Shown here: in pieces, positions 1 through 15,565 of the stretch
Numbering within the stretch: the stretch's first letter is position 1
How the letters are laid out: the number at the start of each line of letters is the position of its first letter
Source: an uncultured Thermoleophilia bacterium
Lineage (GTDB): Bacteria; Actinomycetota; Thermoleophilia; UBA2241
NCBI GenBank assembly: GCA_963707335.1
Contig: CAVPQD010000028.1
Span: 11,993 to 75,992 of the forward strand
Length of the DNA stretch: 64,000 bases
Reading direction: 5' to 3'
The notes under the pieces: model-generated
The model's input: only the letters and a program-made list of their open reading frames with translations
Database searches by the model: none
Told to the model about the DNA's origin: nothing
Translations under genes and position numbers: made by a program

Positions 1-3702
<3,702 letters not shown>

Positions 3703-3718
3703 GGGCGGCAATATCGGA

Positions 3719-3757
3719 GGCTGCGGCCGCAGACGGCTTCGTCTTGCGGCCGCAGCC
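3719..3757 (+). terminator. GC-rich hairpin 17 nt after the rpoC stop (intrinsic-terminator-like, no U tract)
   Basis: ggctgcggccgcagacg / cgtcttgcggccgcagcc form an approximately 17-bp stem with one bulged T and a 3-4 nt loop. Confidence 0.6.
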
Positions 3758-3772
3758 GCCTTTCGCTAGACT
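3744..3772 (+). promoter_or_regulatory. Candidate sigma-70-type promoter for rpsL (TTGCGG-17-TAGACT)
   Basis: The -35-like TTGCGG is at 3744-3749, followed by a 17-nt spacer and the -10-like TAGACT at 3767-3772, about 50 nt upstream of the rpsL ATG. This is a motif match only. Confidence 0.3.
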
Positions 3773-3822
3773 ATGCGACTGCTGTCTGAAGCGGTCGGTC
3801 CACACAGGTCCAGAGAGGTCAG

Positions 3823-4194
3823 ATGACGACGATCAGCCAACTCGTCCGCAAGGGGCGGGAGAGCAAAGTGAAGCGGGCCAAGACCCCGGCCCTCAAGGGC
3901 TCGCCCCAGAAGCGTGGCGTGTGCACACGTGTCTACACGACGACGCCCAAGAAGCCGAACTCGGCCCTGCGCAAGGTCGCTCGCGTCAGGCTCGTCAACG
4001 GCATGGAAGTCACGTCCTACATCCCGGGCATCGGCCACAACCTGCAGGAGCACTCCGTGGTGCTCGTGCGCGGCGGCCGCGTGAAGGATCTGCCGGGCGT
4101 GCGGTACAAGGTCATCCGCGGCACCCTCGACGCCTCCGGCGTCGCGGACCGCAAGAAGGCCCGGTCGCGCTACGGCGCCAAGGGGGCGAAGTAA
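3823..4194 (+). CDS. rpsL: 30S ribosomal protein S12
   Basis: 123-aa ORF starting [15 protein letters not shown]..., with [17 protein letters not shown]. Confidence 0.98.
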   Translation: MTTISQLVRKGRESKVKRAKTPALKGSPQKRGVCTRVYTTTPKKPNSALRKVARVRLVNGMEVTSYIPGIGHNLQEHSVVLVRGGRVKDLPGVRYKVIRGTLDASGVADRKKARSRYGAKGAK

Positions 4195-4197
4195 CTC

Positions 4198-4668
4198 ATG
4201 CCGCGCAGAGGCACCGTCACCAGGCGGGAGGTGCTCCCCGACCCGGTCTATAACAGCAAGCTCGTCACCCAGGTCATCAACAAGGTCCTGCTGGACGGCA
4301 AGAAGTCGACCGCCGAGCAGATCGTGTACGGCGCGCTCGAGATCGTGCGCGAGAAGACCGGGCGCGATCCCGTGGATGTGCTGCAGGACGCCGTTCAGGC
4401 GCTCACGCCGCACCTCGAGGTCCGCAGCCGGCGCGTCGGCGGCGCCACCTACCAGGTGCCCGTCGAGGTGCCCGGCCGCCGCGCCCGCACGCTGGCCATC
4501 CGCTGGCTCGTGAGTTTCTCCCGCGACCGTCGCGAGAAGGTCATGGCCGAGCGGCTTGCGGGCGAGATGCTCGACGCCCTGGCCGGCCAGGGCGGCGCGT
4601 TCAAGAAGAAGGACGACATCTTCCGCATGGCGCAGGCCAACAAGGCCTTCGCCCACTACCGCTGGTAA
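4198..4668 (+). CDS. rpsG: 30S ribosomal protein S7
   Basis: 156-aa ORF starting [20 protein letters not shown]... and ending ...KAFAHYRW. It starts 3 nt after the rpsL stop. Confidence 0.98.
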   Translation: MPRRGTVTRREVLPDPVYNSKLVTQVINKVLLDGKKSTAEQIVYGALEIVREKTGRDPVDVLQDAVQALTPHLEVRSRRVGGATYQVPVEVPGRRARTLAIRWLVSFSRDRREKVMAERLAGEMLDALAGQGGAFKKKDDIFRMAQANKAFAHYRW

Positions 4669-4738
4669 TTCTCCGAAGGCCCCTCACTGACGGCCGTCGG
4701 TGAGGGGCTTTCGCATGGAAGGAACGCACCAAGGGACT

Positions 4739-6814
4739 ATGCGACAGTACTCGCTCGAGAACACGCGCAACATCGGCATCATGGCGCACATCGATGCCGG
4801 CAAGACGACGACCACCGAACGCGTCCTGTACTACACGGGCAAGACGCACAAGATCGGTGAGGTCCACGAGGGCGCGGCCGTGATGGACTGGATGGCGCAG
4901 GAGCAGGAGCGCGGCATCACCATCACCTCGGCGGCGACCACCGTGACGTGGCGTGACACGCAGATCAACATCATAGACACGCCCGGGCACGTGGACTTCA
5001 CCATGGAGGTGGAGCGCAGCCTTCGCGTCCTCGACGGCGCCATCGCGCTGTTCTGTTCCGTCGGTGGCGTGGAGCCGCAGTCGGAGACGGTGTGGCGCCA
5101 GGCGGACAAGTACGGCATCCCGCGCATCGCCTTCGTCAACAAGATGGACCGCATCGGCGCGGACTTCTTCCGCGGCCTCGAGATGATGGTCGATCGCCTT
5201 GGCGCCAATCCCGTCGCCCTGCAGATCCCCATCGGCCGCGAGGCCGAGTTCCGGGGCATCATCGACCTCGTCGAGATGCACGCCATCGTCTACAAGGACG
5301 AGCTGGGCACGGAGTTCGAGATCACCGACATCCCCGCCGAGTCGTGCGACCAGGCGGCCGAGTGGCGTCTCAAGCTGGTCGAGGCCGTCGCCGACCACGA
5401 CGACCACCTGCTGGAGACCTACATCGAGGGCGGCGAGATCACCCCGGACCACCTGCGCCAGGTCATCCGCCAGGCGACCCTCGACATCAGCATCACCCCC
5501 GTGCTGTGCGGCTCGGCCTTCAAGAACAAGGGCGTGCAGCCGCTCATGGACGCCATCGTCGACTACCTGCCGGCGCCTTCGGACGTGCCGCCCGTGATGG
5601 GCATCACCCCGAAGGGCGACGAGGTCGCGCGGCCCACGGCGGACGACGCTCCGTTCTCGGCCCTCGCCTTCAAGGTCGCTGTAGACCCCTACGTGGGCAA
5701 GCTCACCTACTTCCGGGTCTACTCGGGCACCCTCAAGGCCGGCTCCTACGTGTACAACTCGAGCCGGGAGAAGCGGGAGCGCATCAGCCGCATCCTGCAG
5801 ATGCACGCCAACCACCGCGAGGACCGCGACGAGATCTACGCCGGCGAGCTGGCCGCCGCCATCGGCCTCAAGGTCACCGGCACAGGCGACACGCTGTGCG
5901 ACCCGGCCAAGCCCATCGTTCTCGAGTCCATGGAGTTCCCGGAGCCGGTCATCTGGGTCGCGATCGAGCCCAAGACCAAGGCGGACGAAGAGAAGCTTGC
6001 CAACTCGCTCCAGCGCCTCGCCGAAGAGGACCCCACGTTCCGCGTCCGCACGGAAGAGGAGACGGGGCAGACCATCATCGCCGGTATGGGCGAGCTGCAC
6101 CTGGAGATCATCGTCGACCGCCTCGTGCGCGAGTTCAACGTGGACGCCAACGTCGGCAAGCCGCAGGTCGCCTACCGCGAGACGGTACGCAACAAGGTCG
6201 ACAAGGCTGAGGGCAGGTTCGTGCGCCAGACCGGCGGCCGCGGCCAGTATGGCCACGTGGTCATCGAGCTGCAGCCCAACGAGCCCGGTGGCGGCTATGA
6301 GTTCGACAACCGGATCGTCGGCGGCACCATCCCGCGCGACTACATCCCCTCGGTCGACGAGGGCATCCAGGAGGCCATGAGCACGGGCGTGCTCGCCGGC
6401 TATCCCATGGTGGACATCAAGGCGGCGCTCATCGACGGCAGCTACCACGATGTCGACTCGTCGGACATGGCCTTCAAGATCGCCGGGTCGCTGGCTTTCA
6501 AGAACGCGGCGCAGAAGGCCAAGCCCGTGCTGCTGGAGCCCATGATGGCCGTGGAGGTCGTCACGCCGGCCGATTTCATGGGCGATGTGATGGGCGACAT
6601 CAACGCGCGCCGCGGACACATCGACGGCATGGAGCCGCGCGGCAACGCGCAGGTCATCACCGCCACGGTGCCGCTGTCCACGATGTTCGGCTACGCGACC
6701 GACCTTCGCTCCACGACGCAGGGTCGCGCCACGTACACCATGCAGTTCAAGCACTACGCCGAAGTGCCGGCGCAGATCGCCAACGAGATAGTCGCAAAAG
6801 TGCGAGGTGGCTGA
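4739..6814 (+). CDS. fusA: Elongation factor G
   Basis: [20 protein letters not shown] and DTPGHVDF motifs, and full EF-G length. I prefer ATG 4739 ([14 protein letters not shown]...) to the track's upstream in-frame start at 4700. Confidence 0.96.
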   Translation: MRQYSLENTRNIGIMAHIDAGKTTTTERVLYYTGKTHKIGEVHEGAAVMDWMAQEQERGITITSAATTVTWRDTQINIIDTPGHVDFTMEVERSLRVLDGAIALFCSVGGVEPQSETVWRQADKYGIPRIAFVNKMDRIGADFFRGLEMMVDRLGANPVALQIPIGREAEFRGIIDLVEMHAIVYKDELGTEFEITDIPAESCDQAAEWRLKLVEAVADHDDHLLETYIEGGEITPDHLRQVIRQATLDISITPVLCGSAFKNKGVQPLMDAIVDYLPAPSDVPPVMGITPKGDEVARPTADDAPFSALAFKVAVDPYVGKLTYFRVYSGTLKAGSYVYNSSREKRERISRILQMHANHREDRDEIYAGELAAAIGLKVTGTGDTLCDPAKPIVLESMEFPEPVIWVAIEPKTKADEEKLANSLQRLAEEDPTFRVRTEEETGQTIIAGMGELHLEIIVDRLVREFNVDANVGKPQVAYRETVRNKVDKAEGRFVRQTGGRGQYGHVVIELQPNEPGGGYEFDNRIVGGTIPRDYIPSVDEGIQEAMSTGVLAGYPMVDIKAALIDGSYHDVDSSDMAFKIAGSLAFKNAAQKAKPVLLEPMMAVEVVTPADFMGDVMGDINARRGHIDGMEPRGNAQVITATVPLSTMFGYATDLRSTTQGRATYTMQFKHYAEVPAQIANEIVAKVRGG

Positions 6815-6838
6815 GCGTGGACGGCGGCGTCATGATGT

Positions 6839-6868
6839 TTGCCCACGGGCGTTCATCTCGTGTATACT
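6839..6868 (+). promoter_or_regulatory. Candidate internal promoter for tuf (TTGCCC-18-TATACT)
   Basis: TTGCCC at 6839-6844, an 18-nt spacer, then TATACT at 6863-6868, in the fusA-tuf spacer about 80 nt upstream of the tuf ATG. This is a motif match only. Confidence 0.35.
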
Positions 6869-6949
6869 GCCGTCCTTTGGTGCGGCGAGCCGCCGCGCCA
6901 ATCTTCGTGTGACCTCAGCCTCCGGGTTTCGGGAAAAGGAGTAGCAGAC

Positions 6950-8158
<1,209 letters not shown>

Positions 8159-8172
8159 GACGCAAGGACATC

Positions 8173-8217
8173 AGCCGGGCGTGTCGGGGCACGCTCACGT
8201 GAGCGACACGCCCGGCT
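8173..8217 (+). promoter_or_regulatory. Perfect 14-bp hairpin between tuf and rpsJ (terminator or S10-leader attenuator candidate)
   Basis: agccgggcgtgtcg (8173-8186) pairs perfectly with cgacacgcccggct (8204-8217) around a 17-nt loop. Confidence 0.5.
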
Positions 8218-8243
8218 ACGTGAACAGGACAGAGAAGGCTAGA

Positions 8244-8552
8244 GTGGCTCAGCAAAAGATCCGCATAAGGTTGAAGTCTTACGATCACGAGCTGATCGAG
8301 CGCAGCGCGCAGTCCATCGTGGAGACTGCGCAGCGCAGTGGCGCGACCATCTCTGGCCCCGTGCCGCTCCCCACAGAGAAGAACGTGTACTGCGTCATCA
8401 AGAGCCCGTTCAAGGACAAGGACTCGCGCGAGCACTTCGAGATCCGCACCCACAAGCGGCTCATCGACATCCATCAGCCGACCCCCAAGACGGTCGACCA
8501 GCTGATGCGCCTTGACCTGCCGGCCGGCGTCCACATCGAGATCAAGCTTTGA
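8244..8552 (+). CDS. rpsJ: 30S ribosomal protein S10
   Basis: (V)[28 protein letters not shown]... GTG 8244 is chosen because S10 proteins begin at this motif, and GAGAAGG lies upstream. The track ORF starts at 8181 in the same frame. Confidence 0.95.
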   Translation: MAQQKIRIRLKSYDHELIERSAQSIVETAQRSGATISGPVPLPTEKNVYCVIKSPFKDKDSREHFEIRTHKRLIDIHQPTPKTVDQLMRLDLPAGVHIEIKL

Positions 8553-8560
8553 GTGGCGCC

Positions 8561-9175
8561 ATGACTGGCATCATCGGCAAGAAAGTGGGCATGACCCAGC
8601 TCTTCGACGACGACGGCAACGTCGTGGCCGTCACCGTCGTCCAGGCGGGACCCTGCCCGGTCACCCAGGTCCGCACCATCGAGACTGACGGCTATGAGGC
8701 CGTGCAGCTCGCCTTCGAGGAGTGCAAGGACAAGCACATCAGCAAGCCCGAGCTCGGCCACCTCAAGAAGGCCGGCCTCAAGCACGGCATGCGTCATCTC
8801 GTGGAGTTCGATGGCGTCGGCGAGCTCAAGGTCGGCGACACCGTCACCGTCGAGGCGTTCGAGGACGGCCAGCACGTGACGGTCGCGGGCGTCAGCAAGG
8901 GCAAGGGCTTCCAAGGCACCATCAAGCGGCACAACTTCGGCCGCGGCCCCGAGACCCACGGCTCGCACAACGTCCGCCAGCCCGGCTCCATCGGCGCCAG
9001 CGCGTACCCGAGCCGCGTGTTCAAAGGCATGCGCATGAGCGGCCACATGGGCTCGCAGCGCGTCACGCAGCTCGGCCTCAAGATCGTGCGGCGCGACGTG
9101 GAGAACAACCTGCTGCTCATCAAGGGCTCCGTGCCGGGCGCCAAGAACTCCGTCGTCGTCATCAAGGGTAGGTAG
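8561..9175 (+). CDS. rplC: 50S ribosomal protein L3
   Basis: Starts MTGIIGKKVGMTQLFDDDGNVVAVTVV... at ATG 8561. The track start at 8549 is 4 codons upstream in frame. Confidence 0.96.
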   Translation: MTGIIGKKVGMTQLFDDDGNVVAVTVVQAGPCPVTQVRTIETDGYEAVQLAFEECKDKHISKPELGHLKKAGLKHGMRHLVEFDGVGELKVGDTVTVEAFEDGQHVTVAGVSKGKGFQGTIKRHNFGRGPETHGSHNVRQPGSIGASAYPSRVFKGMRMSGHMGSQRVTQLGLKIVRRDVENNLLLIKGSVPGAKNSVVVIKGR

Positions 9176-9177
9176 CA

Positions 9178-10194
9178 GTGAGCGCCGACGAGACCAAGAA
9201 CACACCGGACGTCGAGGCCGCCGAGCCTACGAAGGACGAGGCGACGAAGGCCGAAGCGGCCGCGCCGAAGAAGGCGACCGCCGCGAAGAAGCCGGCCGCC
9301 CGGAAGCCGGCGGCGAAGAAGCCCGCGGCCAAGGCCGAGAAGCCGGCGAAGGCCGAAGCGGCCGCTGCCGCGCCGGCCGAAGAGGTAACGGCCAAGGCCG
9401 AGGAGCCCGCGCCGAAGAAGACGGCCCGCAAGCCGGCCGCCAAGGCTGCGGACAAGGCCGCGAAGCCCGAGAAGGCCGAGGCCGCCGAGAAGCCGGCCCG
9501 CAAGGCGGCCGCCAAGCCGGCCCCCGAGAAGGCCGCGAAGCCCGCCCCCAAGCCGGCGGCAGAGCTGCGTCACGGCAAGGCCGGCGTGGCCACCGTGGTC
9601 GGCGCCGACGGCAAGGAAGTGGAGACGCGCGACCTGAACAAGGCGCTCTTCGCCGTGCCGGCCGACGTCAACGCGCTGCACCTCGTGGTGCGCGCCGAGC
9701 AGGCGGCCCGCCGTCGCGGCTCCGCGTCCACCAAGTCGCGTGGCGAGGTCTCCGGGTCCACCGCCAAGCTGTTCCGCCAGAAGGGCACCGGCCGCGCCCG
9801 TGCCGGCAGCGTCAAGTCGCCGATCCGCACGGGCGGCGGCATAGCGTTCGGCCCCAAGCCGCGCACGTACGACATCAAGGTCAACCGCAAGGTGGTGCGC
9901 AAGGCCCTGGCCATGGCGCTCAGCAACAGGGCCGAGAACGGCAACGTGTACGTCGCCGCCGGCCTGAAGATCGATGAGCCGAGCACGGCCCGCGTGAACG
10001 AGTTCCTCGTGAACCTGGACATCGCGGCGCCGGTCCTGGTGGTCACCAGCGACGAGCCGGCCGTCATCAAGTCGGTGCGTAACCTCTTCTACGCCGAGGC
10101 GGCTGAAGTGGGCGCGCTGTCTACCGAGCAGGTGCTGCGCGCCCGCTCGCTTGTCCTGACCGAGAAGGCGTTCGACGCCCTGAACCAGGCCTAA
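9178..10194 (+). CDS. rplD: 50S ribosomal protein L4 with an approximately 130-aa Lys/Ala/Pro-rich N-terminal extension
   Basis: L4 core motif [28 protein letters not shown]. The N-terminal third is repeats such as [26 protein letters not shown]. Confidence 0.95.
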   Translation: MSADETKNTPDVEAAEPTKDEATKAEAAAPKKATAAKKPAARKPAAKKPAAKAEKPAKAEAAAAAPAEEVTAKAEEPAPKKTARKPAAKAADKAAKPEKAEAAEKPARKAAAKPAPEKAAKPAPKPAAELRHGKAGVATVVGADGKEVETRDLNKALFAVPADVNALHLVVRAEQAARRRGSASTKSRGEVSGSTAKLFRQKGTGRARAGSVKSPIRTGGGIAFGPKPRTYDIKVNRKVVRKALAMALSNRAENGNVYVAAGLKIDEPSTARVNEFLVNLDIAAPVLVVTSDEPAVIKSVRNLFYAEAAEVGALSTEQVLRARSLVLTEKAFDALNQA

Positions 10195-10197
10195 CAC

Positions 10198-10485
10198 ATG
10201 GTAGAAGCCGAAAAGATCATCATCAGGCCGATCATCTCCGAGAAGAGCTACGCGCAGATCGACCACAACCGGTACACCTTCGAGGTGCACCCGGACGCGC
10301 ACAAGACCATGATCGCCCAGGCGGTCCAGCAGCTCTTCAACGTGACGGTCGTGGACGTCTCCACCGCGCACGTGCCCTCCAAGCCGAAGCGCCGTGGCAT
10401 GAGCCGTGGGCGCACCGCGGCCTGGAAGAAGGCCGTCGTGCAGCTCGCGCCCGGCGACAAGATCGAATTCTTCGAGGGCAGGTAA
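10198..10485 (+). CDS. rplW: 50S ribosomal protein L23
   Basis: 95-aa ORF in the canonical slot between L4 and L2, with [11 protein letters not shown]. Confidence 0.96.
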   Translation: MVEAEKIIIRPIISEKSYAQIDHNRYTFEVHPDAHKTMIAQAVQQLFNVTVVDVSTAHVPSKPKRRGMSRGRTAAWKKAVVQLAPGDKIEFFEGR

Positions 10486-11324
10486 TGGGCATCAAGCGAT
10501 TCAAGCCGACCTCGCCCGGTCGCCGCTTCATGACGGTCGACACGTTCGAGGACATCACGCGCAGCGAGCCGGAGCGCTCGCTCGTAGCGCCGCTCAAGAA
10601 GAACGGCGGACGCAACAACTACGGGCGCATCACGACCCGGCACAAGGGCGGCGGTCACAAGCGCCGCTACCGCGTCATCGACTTCAAGCGCGACAAGGAC
10701 GGCGTGCCGGCGAAGGTCGCGCACATCGAGTACGACCCCAACCGGTCGGCGCGCATCGCCCTGCTCCACTACCTGGACGGGGAGAAGCGCTACATCCTCG
10801 CGCCGCAGGGCCTGAAGGTCGGCGACATGGTCGAGTCCGGCCCCGGCGCCGACATCAAGGCCGGCAATGCGCTGCCCCTGGAGAACATCCCGTCGGGCAC
10901 GACGATCCACAACATCGAGCTCGCCGCCGGCCGCGGCGGCCAGCTGGTGCGCAGCGCCGGCGCCAGTGCGCAGCTGCAGGCCAAGGAGCGCGGCTACGGT
11001 GTCGTGCGGCTCCCGTCCGGCGAGCTGCGCCGCATCGCGCTCACCTGTCGCGCCACCGTCGGTGAGATCGGCAACGCCGACCACCAGAACATCGACGGCG
11101 GCAAGGCCGGGCGCACGCGGTGGCGCGGCGTCCGTCCCACCGTGCGCGGCACCGCCATGAACCCGGTCGACCATCCGCACGGCGGCGGCGAGGGCAAGAC
11201 CACGGCCGGCCGTCACCCGGTCACGCCGTGGGGCGTGCCGACGCTCGGCTACCGCACGCGCGCCAACCACAAGGGTTCCGACAAGTTCATCATCCGCGGC
11301 CGCAAACGCGGCAAGCGCGGGTAA
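10485..11324 (+). CDS. rplB: 50S ribosomal protein L2
   Basis: [22 protein letters not shown] and [10 protein letters not shown] motifs. The ATG overlaps the rplW TAA by 1 nt. Confidence 0.98.
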   Translation: MGIKRFKPTSPGRRFMTVDTFEDITRSEPERSLVAPLKKNGGRNNYGRITTRHKGGGHKRRYRVIDFKRDKDGVPAKVAHIEYDPNRSARIALLHYLDGEKRYILAPQGLKVGDMVESGPGADIKAGNALPLENIPSGTTIHNIELAAGRGGQLVRSAGASAQLQAKERGYGVVRLPSGELRRIALTCRATVGEIGNADHQNIDGGKAGRTRWRGVRPTVRGTAMNPVDHPHGGGEGKTTAGRHPVTPWGVPTLGYRTRANHKGSDKFIIRGRKRGKRG

Positions 11325-11339
11325 GGCAGGAGGCCTCTT

Positions 11340-11618
11340 TTGAGCAGGTCAGCAAAGAAGGGTCCGTTCGTCGAGGAGCGCCTCTTGAAGCGCATCGAGA
11401 CAATGAACGCCGCCGGCCAGAAGAAGATGATCAAGACCTGGTCCCGGGCCTCGACGATCTTCCCCGACATGGTCGGTCACACGATCGCCGTCCACGACGG
11501 CCGCAAGCACGTGCCGGTGTTCGTGAGCGAGTCGATGGTGGGCCACAAGCTGGGCGAGTTCGCTCTCACCCGTACGTTCCGCGGTCACATCAAGGGCGAC
11601 CGCTCGGCGAGAAGGTAA
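11340..11618 (+). CDS. rpsS: 30S ribosomal protein S19
   Basis: [20 protein letters not shown]... with a TTG start. Confidence 0.96.
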   Translation: MSRSAKKGPFVEERLLKRIETMNAAGQKKMIKTWSRASTIFPDMVGHTIAVHDGRKHVPVFVSESMVGHKLGEFALTRTFRGHIKGDRSARR

Positions 11619-11624
11619 GTGGGA

Positions 11625-11969
11625 ATGGCAGTCAAGGCACAGGCAAAGTTCGTGCGTGTCGCGCCGCGCAAGGCGCGGGAGGTCGTCGACCTCATCCGCG
11701 GCAAGTCCGTGGCGGACGCGCGCAGCACGCTGTTCTTCGCCAACCGCAACGCCGCCCGCGTCGTCGCCAAGGTCCTGAATTCCGCGGTCGCCAACGCCGA
11801 GAACAACAACGCGCTCTCGGCCGACGATCTGTACGTCATGGAAGCTCGTGTCGACGAAGGCCCTACGCTCAAACGGTGGCAGTTCCGCGCCATGGGCCGG
11901 GTCAATCGCATCCGCAAGCGCAGCAGCCACATCACCATCGCGGTGGAGCAGAGGGAGGTCCGTTCCTAG
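11625..11969 (+). CDS. rplV: 50S ribosomal protein L22
   Basis: [27 protein letters not shown]... starting at ATG 11625. The track's GTG at 11619 is 2 codons upstream. Confidence 0.95.
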   Translation: MAVKAQAKFVRVAPRKAREVVDLIRGKSVADARSTLFFANRNAARVVAKVLNSAVANAENNNALSADDLYVMEARVDEGPTLKRWQFRAMGRVNRIRKRSSHITIAVEQREVRS

Positions 11970-12937
11970 TGGGCCAGAAGGTGCATCCGGGCGGCTTCAG
12001 GGTCGGCATCATCCACGACTGGAAGTCGCACTGGTATACGGAGAAGGAATTCAAGCAGTTCCTGGACGAGGACGAGCGCATCCGCACGCATATCCTGCGC
12101 AAGCTCGCCCACGCCGGGCTCTCGCGCATCATGATCCGCAAGGATCAGAACAACGTGACCATCGACATCCACACCGCCCGCCCCGGCATCGTGATCGGCA
12201 AGAGCGGGTCGGAGGTCGACGCGCTGCGCAAGGAGATCCACGGTATGACCCGCAAGAACGTGCAGGTCAATATCATCGAGGTGAAGCGACCTGAGCTGGA
12301 CGCCGTGCTGGTGGCCCAGTCCATCGCCGAACAGCTCGAGAACCGCGTGAGCTTCCGGCGCGCCATGAAGCGGGCCCTGACGAGCGCGATGCGCTCCGGC
12401 GCCGCCGGCATGCGCGTGCGCTGCGGCGGCCGCCTGGGCGGCGCCGAGATGGCGCGCTCGGAGCACTACAGCGAGGGCCGCGTGCCCCTGCACACGCTGC
12501 GCGCGGACATCGACTACGGCTTCAAGGAAGCGCGCACGACGTTCGGCCGCATCGGCGTGAAGGTGTGGATCAACAAGGGCGAGATCCTGCCCGAGGGCTA
12601 CCCCAAGGACGAGGCCAAGCTGCGCCAGGAGCGCGACGAGCAGCGCCGCGACGACCGCCGCGGCGGTCGTCCGCCGCGCCGTGAAGGCGGCGGCGGGCGC
12701 GGTCCCGGCGGCCCCGGCCGCGGCGGCCCCGGCGGCCCCGGTCGCGGCCCCGGCCGCGGCGGTCCCGGCGGCCCCGGCCGCGGCGGTCCCGGCGGTCGTC
12801 GGGGCCAGGGTGGCCGCAAGGCGGACGCCAGGCGCCCGCCGGCCGGCAGGCCCCGATCGGGCGCCAGCCGCGTCCGGCCAAGCCGCCCGAGAGAGAAGCC
12901 CAAGCCGCAAGAGCCTACGCCCGATCAGGGCAGCTGA
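11969..12937 (+). CDS. rpsC: 30S ribosomal protein S3 with an approximately 110-aa Arg/Gly/Pro-rich C-terminal tail
   Basis: (V)[22 protein letters not shown]... GTG 11969 overlaps the rplV TAG (TAGTG). The 605-aa track ORF 11120..12937 is upstream read-through in the same frame. Confidence 0.95.
   Translation: MGQKVHPGGFRVGIIHDWKSHWYTEKEFKQFLDEDERIRTHILRKLAHAGLSRIMIRKDQNNVTIDIHTARPGIVIGKSGSEVDALRKEIHGMTRKNVQVNIIEVKRPELDAVLVAQSIAEQLENRVSFRRAMKRALTSAMRSGAAGMRVRCGGRLGGAEMARSEHYSEGRVPLHTLRADIDYGFKEARTTFGRIGVKVWINKGEILPEGYPKDEAKLRQERDEQRRDDRRGGRPPRREGGGGRGPGGPGRGGPGGPGRGPGRGGPGGPGRGGPGGRRGQGGRKADARRPPAGRPRSGASRVRPSRPREKPKPQEPTPDQGS
12701..12800 (+). repeat. Imperfect approximately 24-nt tandem repeats encoding GPGGPGRG units inside rpsC
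   Basis: ggtcccggcggccccggccgcggc and close variants occur about 4 times head-to-tail. They are in frame and encode the S3 tail. Confidence 0.85.
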
Positions 12938-12959
12938 ACGGTAGAGAGGACGTAGACGA

Positions 12960-13385
12960 ATGCTCCTGCCGAAGAGAGTCAAGCATCGCAAGCAACAGCG
13001 CGGCCGCATGGCCGGCGCCGCCAAGGGCGGCACCAGCGTCGAGTTCGGGCAGTTCGGCCTGAAGGCGCTGGAGCCCGGTTGGATCACCAACCGCCAGATC
13101 GAGGCGGCCCGTATCGCCATGACCCGCTATATCAAGCGTGGCGGAAAGGTGTGGATCAACGTGTTCCCGCACAAGCCCGTCACGCGGAAGGCCGCCGAGA
13201 CCCGCATGGGCGGCGGCAAGGGTTCACCCGAGTCCTGGGTCGCCGTCGTCAAGCCCGGCAAGGTCATGTTCGAGCTTGCCGGCGTGAGCGAGCCGGTCGC
13301 CCGTGAGGCCATGCGCCTGGCGGCGCACAAGCTGCCCATCAGGAGCAAGTTCGTGACGAGGGAGGGGAGTCTCTTTGAAGGCTAG
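12960..13385 (+). CDS. rplP: 50S ribosomal protein L16
   Basis: [19 protein letters not shown]..., and canonical position. Confidence 0.98.
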   Translation: MLLPKRVKHRKQQRGRMAGAAKGGTSVEFGQFGLKALEPGWITNRQIEAARIAMTRYIKRGGKVWINVFPHKPVTRKAAETRMGGGKGSPESWVAVVKPGKVMFELAGVSEPVAREAMRLAAHKLPIRSKFVTREGSLFEG

Positions 13386-13590
13386 CAAGCTGCGCGAGCT
13401 CTCCGACGACGAGCTCATCACGCGCCTCAAGGACACACGCAAGGAGCTGTTCAACCTGCGCTTTCAGCACGCTACAGGGCAGCTCGACGACCCGCACAAG
13501 TTGAACGCGACGCGCCGCGAGATCGCCCGCCTGCTCACCATGCAGGCCGAACGCGAGCGCGAACGCCAGGCAGCCGGTGGTGACGCCTGA
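13375..13590 (+). CDS. rpmC: 50S ribosomal protein L29
   Basis: [31 protein letters not shown]... with a TTG start overlapping the rplP end. Confidence 0.95.
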   Translation: MKASKLRELSDDELITRLKDTRKELFNLRFQHATGQLDDPHKLNATRREIARLLTMQAERERERQAAGGDA

Positions 13591-14051
13591 TGGCGACGAC
13601 GAAGAAGACCGACAGCGGCAAGCCCGCCCCGAAGCAGTCGGCGGCGCGCAAGCCTGCGGCCAAGAAGGCGGCCGCCAAGAAGACCGCGACGACCCGCAAG
13701 CCTGCGGCCAAGAAGGCCGCCGAGACCGAAGCCGTCAAGCCGGCGAAGAAGGTCTCGGCCGCCAAGGCCAAGGCCAAGGTCGAACGCGGGGCGCCGGAGC
13801 GCGTGCCCGGTCGCAAGGAGCGCCGCGGCGTCGTCGTGAGCGACGCCATGGACAAGACCATCGTGGTGCGCATCGATGTGGTCCAGAAACACGAGCGGTA
13901 CGGCAAGGTCGTGCGCCGTTCCAGCAAGCTGCACGCGCATGACGAGCACAACGCCGCCGGCATCGGCGACCTGGTTCGCGTCGTCGAATCGCGTCCGCTG
14001 AGCGCCACCAAGCGGTGGCGCCTGCTCGAGATCCTCGAGAAGGCAAAGTAA
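13590..14051 (+). CDS. rpsQ: 30S ribosomal protein S17 with an approximately 73-aa Lys/Ala-rich N-terminal extension
   Basis: S17 core [24 protein letters not shown]...HDEHN.. is preceded by [24 protein letters not shown]. The ATG overlaps the rpmC TGA. Confidence 0.95.
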   Translation: MATTKKTDSGKPAPKQSAARKPAAKKAAAKKTATTRKPAAKKAAETEAVKPAKKVSAAKAKAKVERGAPERVPGRKERRGVVVSDAMDKTIVVRIDVVQKHERYGKVVRRSSKLHAHDEHNAAGIGDLVRVVESRPLSATKRWRLLEILEKAK

Positions 14052-14072
14052 GCAGACCGGCAGAGGAAGCAC

Positions 14073-14441
14073 ATGATCCAGGTTGAGTCGAGACTTAAGG
14101 TAGCCGACAACACGGGCGCGCGGGAGATCCTCTGCATCCGGATCCGCGGCGGCTCCAGGCGGCGCTACGCGGCCGTCGGCGACATCATCGTCGGCACCGT
14201 GAAACAGGCCACGCCCGGCGGCAGCGTCAAGAAGGGCGATGTGGTCCGGGCCGTGGTGGTGCGCACGAAGAAGGAGTTCGGTCGCAAGGACGGCACGTAC
14301 ATCGCCTTCGACGAGAACGCGGCCGTGTTGATCGACAATCAAGGTAACCCGCGCGGGACCCGCATCTTCGGTCCCGTGGCCCGCGAGCTGCGCGAGAGGA
14401 ACTTCATGAAGATCGTGTCGCTCGCCCCTGAGGTCCTGTAA
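14073..14441 (+). CDS. rplN: 50S ribosomal protein L14
   Basis: [24 protein letters not shown]... Confidence 0.98.
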   Translation: MIQVESRLKVADNTGAREILCIRIRGGSRRRYAAVGDIIVGTVKQATPGGSVKKGDVVRAVVVRTKKEFGRKDGTYIAFDENAAVLIDNQGNPRGTRIFGPVARELRERNFMKIVSLAPEVL

Positions 14442-14472
14442 GGGCCGCGTAGGCGAGGGAGTCGCTGCAACG

Positions 14473-14808
14473 ATGAGCAAGATGAAGATCAAGAAGGGCG
14501 ACCAGGTCAAGGTCGTGAGCGGCAAGGAGGCCGGCAAGACCGGCAAGGTGCTGCGCGTCGAGACAGGGGACCACCGCGTGGTCCTCGAGCGCCTCAACAT
14601 GATGAAGAAGCACACGAAGCCGAACCCGAAGAAGAACCCGCAGGGCGGCGTGATCGAGCGTGAGGCGCCAATAGACGTCTCCAACGTCATGCTCGTCTGC
14701 CCGGCCTGCGGCCAGCCGACCCGTGTGGGCTACCGGCTGCTCGAGGACGGCGGCAAGGTCCGCAAGTGTCGCCGCCCCGACTGCGGCAAAGACATCGACA
14801 AGGCGTGA
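14473..14808 (+). CDS. rplX: 50S ribosomal protein L24 (Cys4 zinc-ribbon form)
   Basis: [22 protein letters not shown] (KOW motif). The C-terminal part has CPACG...CRRPDCG. Confidence 0.96.
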   Translation: MSKMKIKKGDQVKVVSGKEAGKTGKVLRVETGDHRVVLERLNMMKKHTKPNPKKNPQGGVIEREAPIDVSNVMLVCPACGQPTRVGYRLLEDGGKVRKCRRPDCGKDIDKA

Positions 14809-14810
14809 CG

Positions 14811-15353
14811 ATGGCAAGGCTCAAGGACAGGTATTTCAGCGAGATCGTGCCCGAGCTCAAGGAGGAGTTCGGCTACCGCAACGTCATGGAGGTGCCGCGG
14901 GTCGCCAAGGTCACGCTCAACATGGGCGTCGGCGAGGCCAAGACCAACGCCAAGCTGCTCGACGACGCCGTCGAGGAGCTGGCGCTCATCGCCGGTCAGC
15001 GGCCCGCGATCACCAAGGCGCGCAGGTCGATCGCCGGTTTCAAGCTCCGCGAGGGCATGTCCATCGGCTGTCGCGTGACGCTGCGCGGCGAGCGCATGTA
15101 CGAGATGATCGACCGTCTCGTGAGCATCGCCCTGCCCCGCATCCGCGACTTCCGCGGCATCGACCCCGGCCAGTTCGACGGCCGCGGCAACTTCGCCATG
15201 GGCGTGCGCGAGCAGACCATCTTCCCCGAGATCGACTACGACTCGGTCGAACAGTTCCGCGGTCTCAACATCGTCATCACCACGACCGCCAAGACGGACG
15301 AAGAGGGACGCGCCCTGCTGAGCAAGCTGGGCATGCCGTTCCGGGCAAACTAG
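14811..15353 (+). CDS. rplE: 50S ribosomal protein L5
   Basis: [29 protein letters not shown]... ATG 14811 lies 2 nt after the rplX stop. The track start at 14766 is an in-frame upstream extension. Confidence 0.96.
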   Translation: MARLKDRYFSEIVPELKEEFGYRNVMEVPRVAKVTLNMGVGEAKTNAKLLDDAVEELALIAGQRPAITKARRSIAGFKLREGMSIGCRVTLRGERMYEMIDRLVSIALPRIRDFRGIDPGQFDGRGNFAMGVREQTIFPEIDYDSVEQFRGLNIVITTTAKTDEEGRALLSKLGMPFRAN

Positions 15354-15366
15354 GAGCAGCTGAAGC

Positions 15367-15552
15367 ATGGCTAAGACATCCCTCGTGGTGAAGGCCGGGC
15401 GCAAGCAGCGCTACAAGTCGCGCGAGTACAACCGCTGCCAGCGGTGCGGCCGCCCCCGCGCCTACTACCGCAAGTTCGGGCTCTGCCGCATCTGCCTGCG
15501 CGAGGTCGCGCACCAGGGCGTCATCCCGGGCCTGACCAAGTCGAGCTGGTAA
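15367..15552 (+). CDS. rpsN: 30S ribosomal protein S14, type Z (zinc-binding, 61 aa)
   Basis: [46 protein letters not shown]...SSW, with a CxxC-x12-CxxC motif. Confidence 0.97.
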   Translation: MAKTSLVVKAGRKQRYKSREYNRCQRCGRPRAYYRKFGLCRICLREVAHQGVIPGLTKSSW

Positions 15553-15565
15553 GGAGGCGAGGACC

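Noticed and set aside
12701-12800. Short tandem repeats that might be taken for a CRISPR-like or minisatellite array.
   Set aside because: The units are contiguous with no spacers, in frame, and lie inside rpsC, where they encode the GPGGPGRG tail. I found no other array of spaced direct repeats while reading the window.
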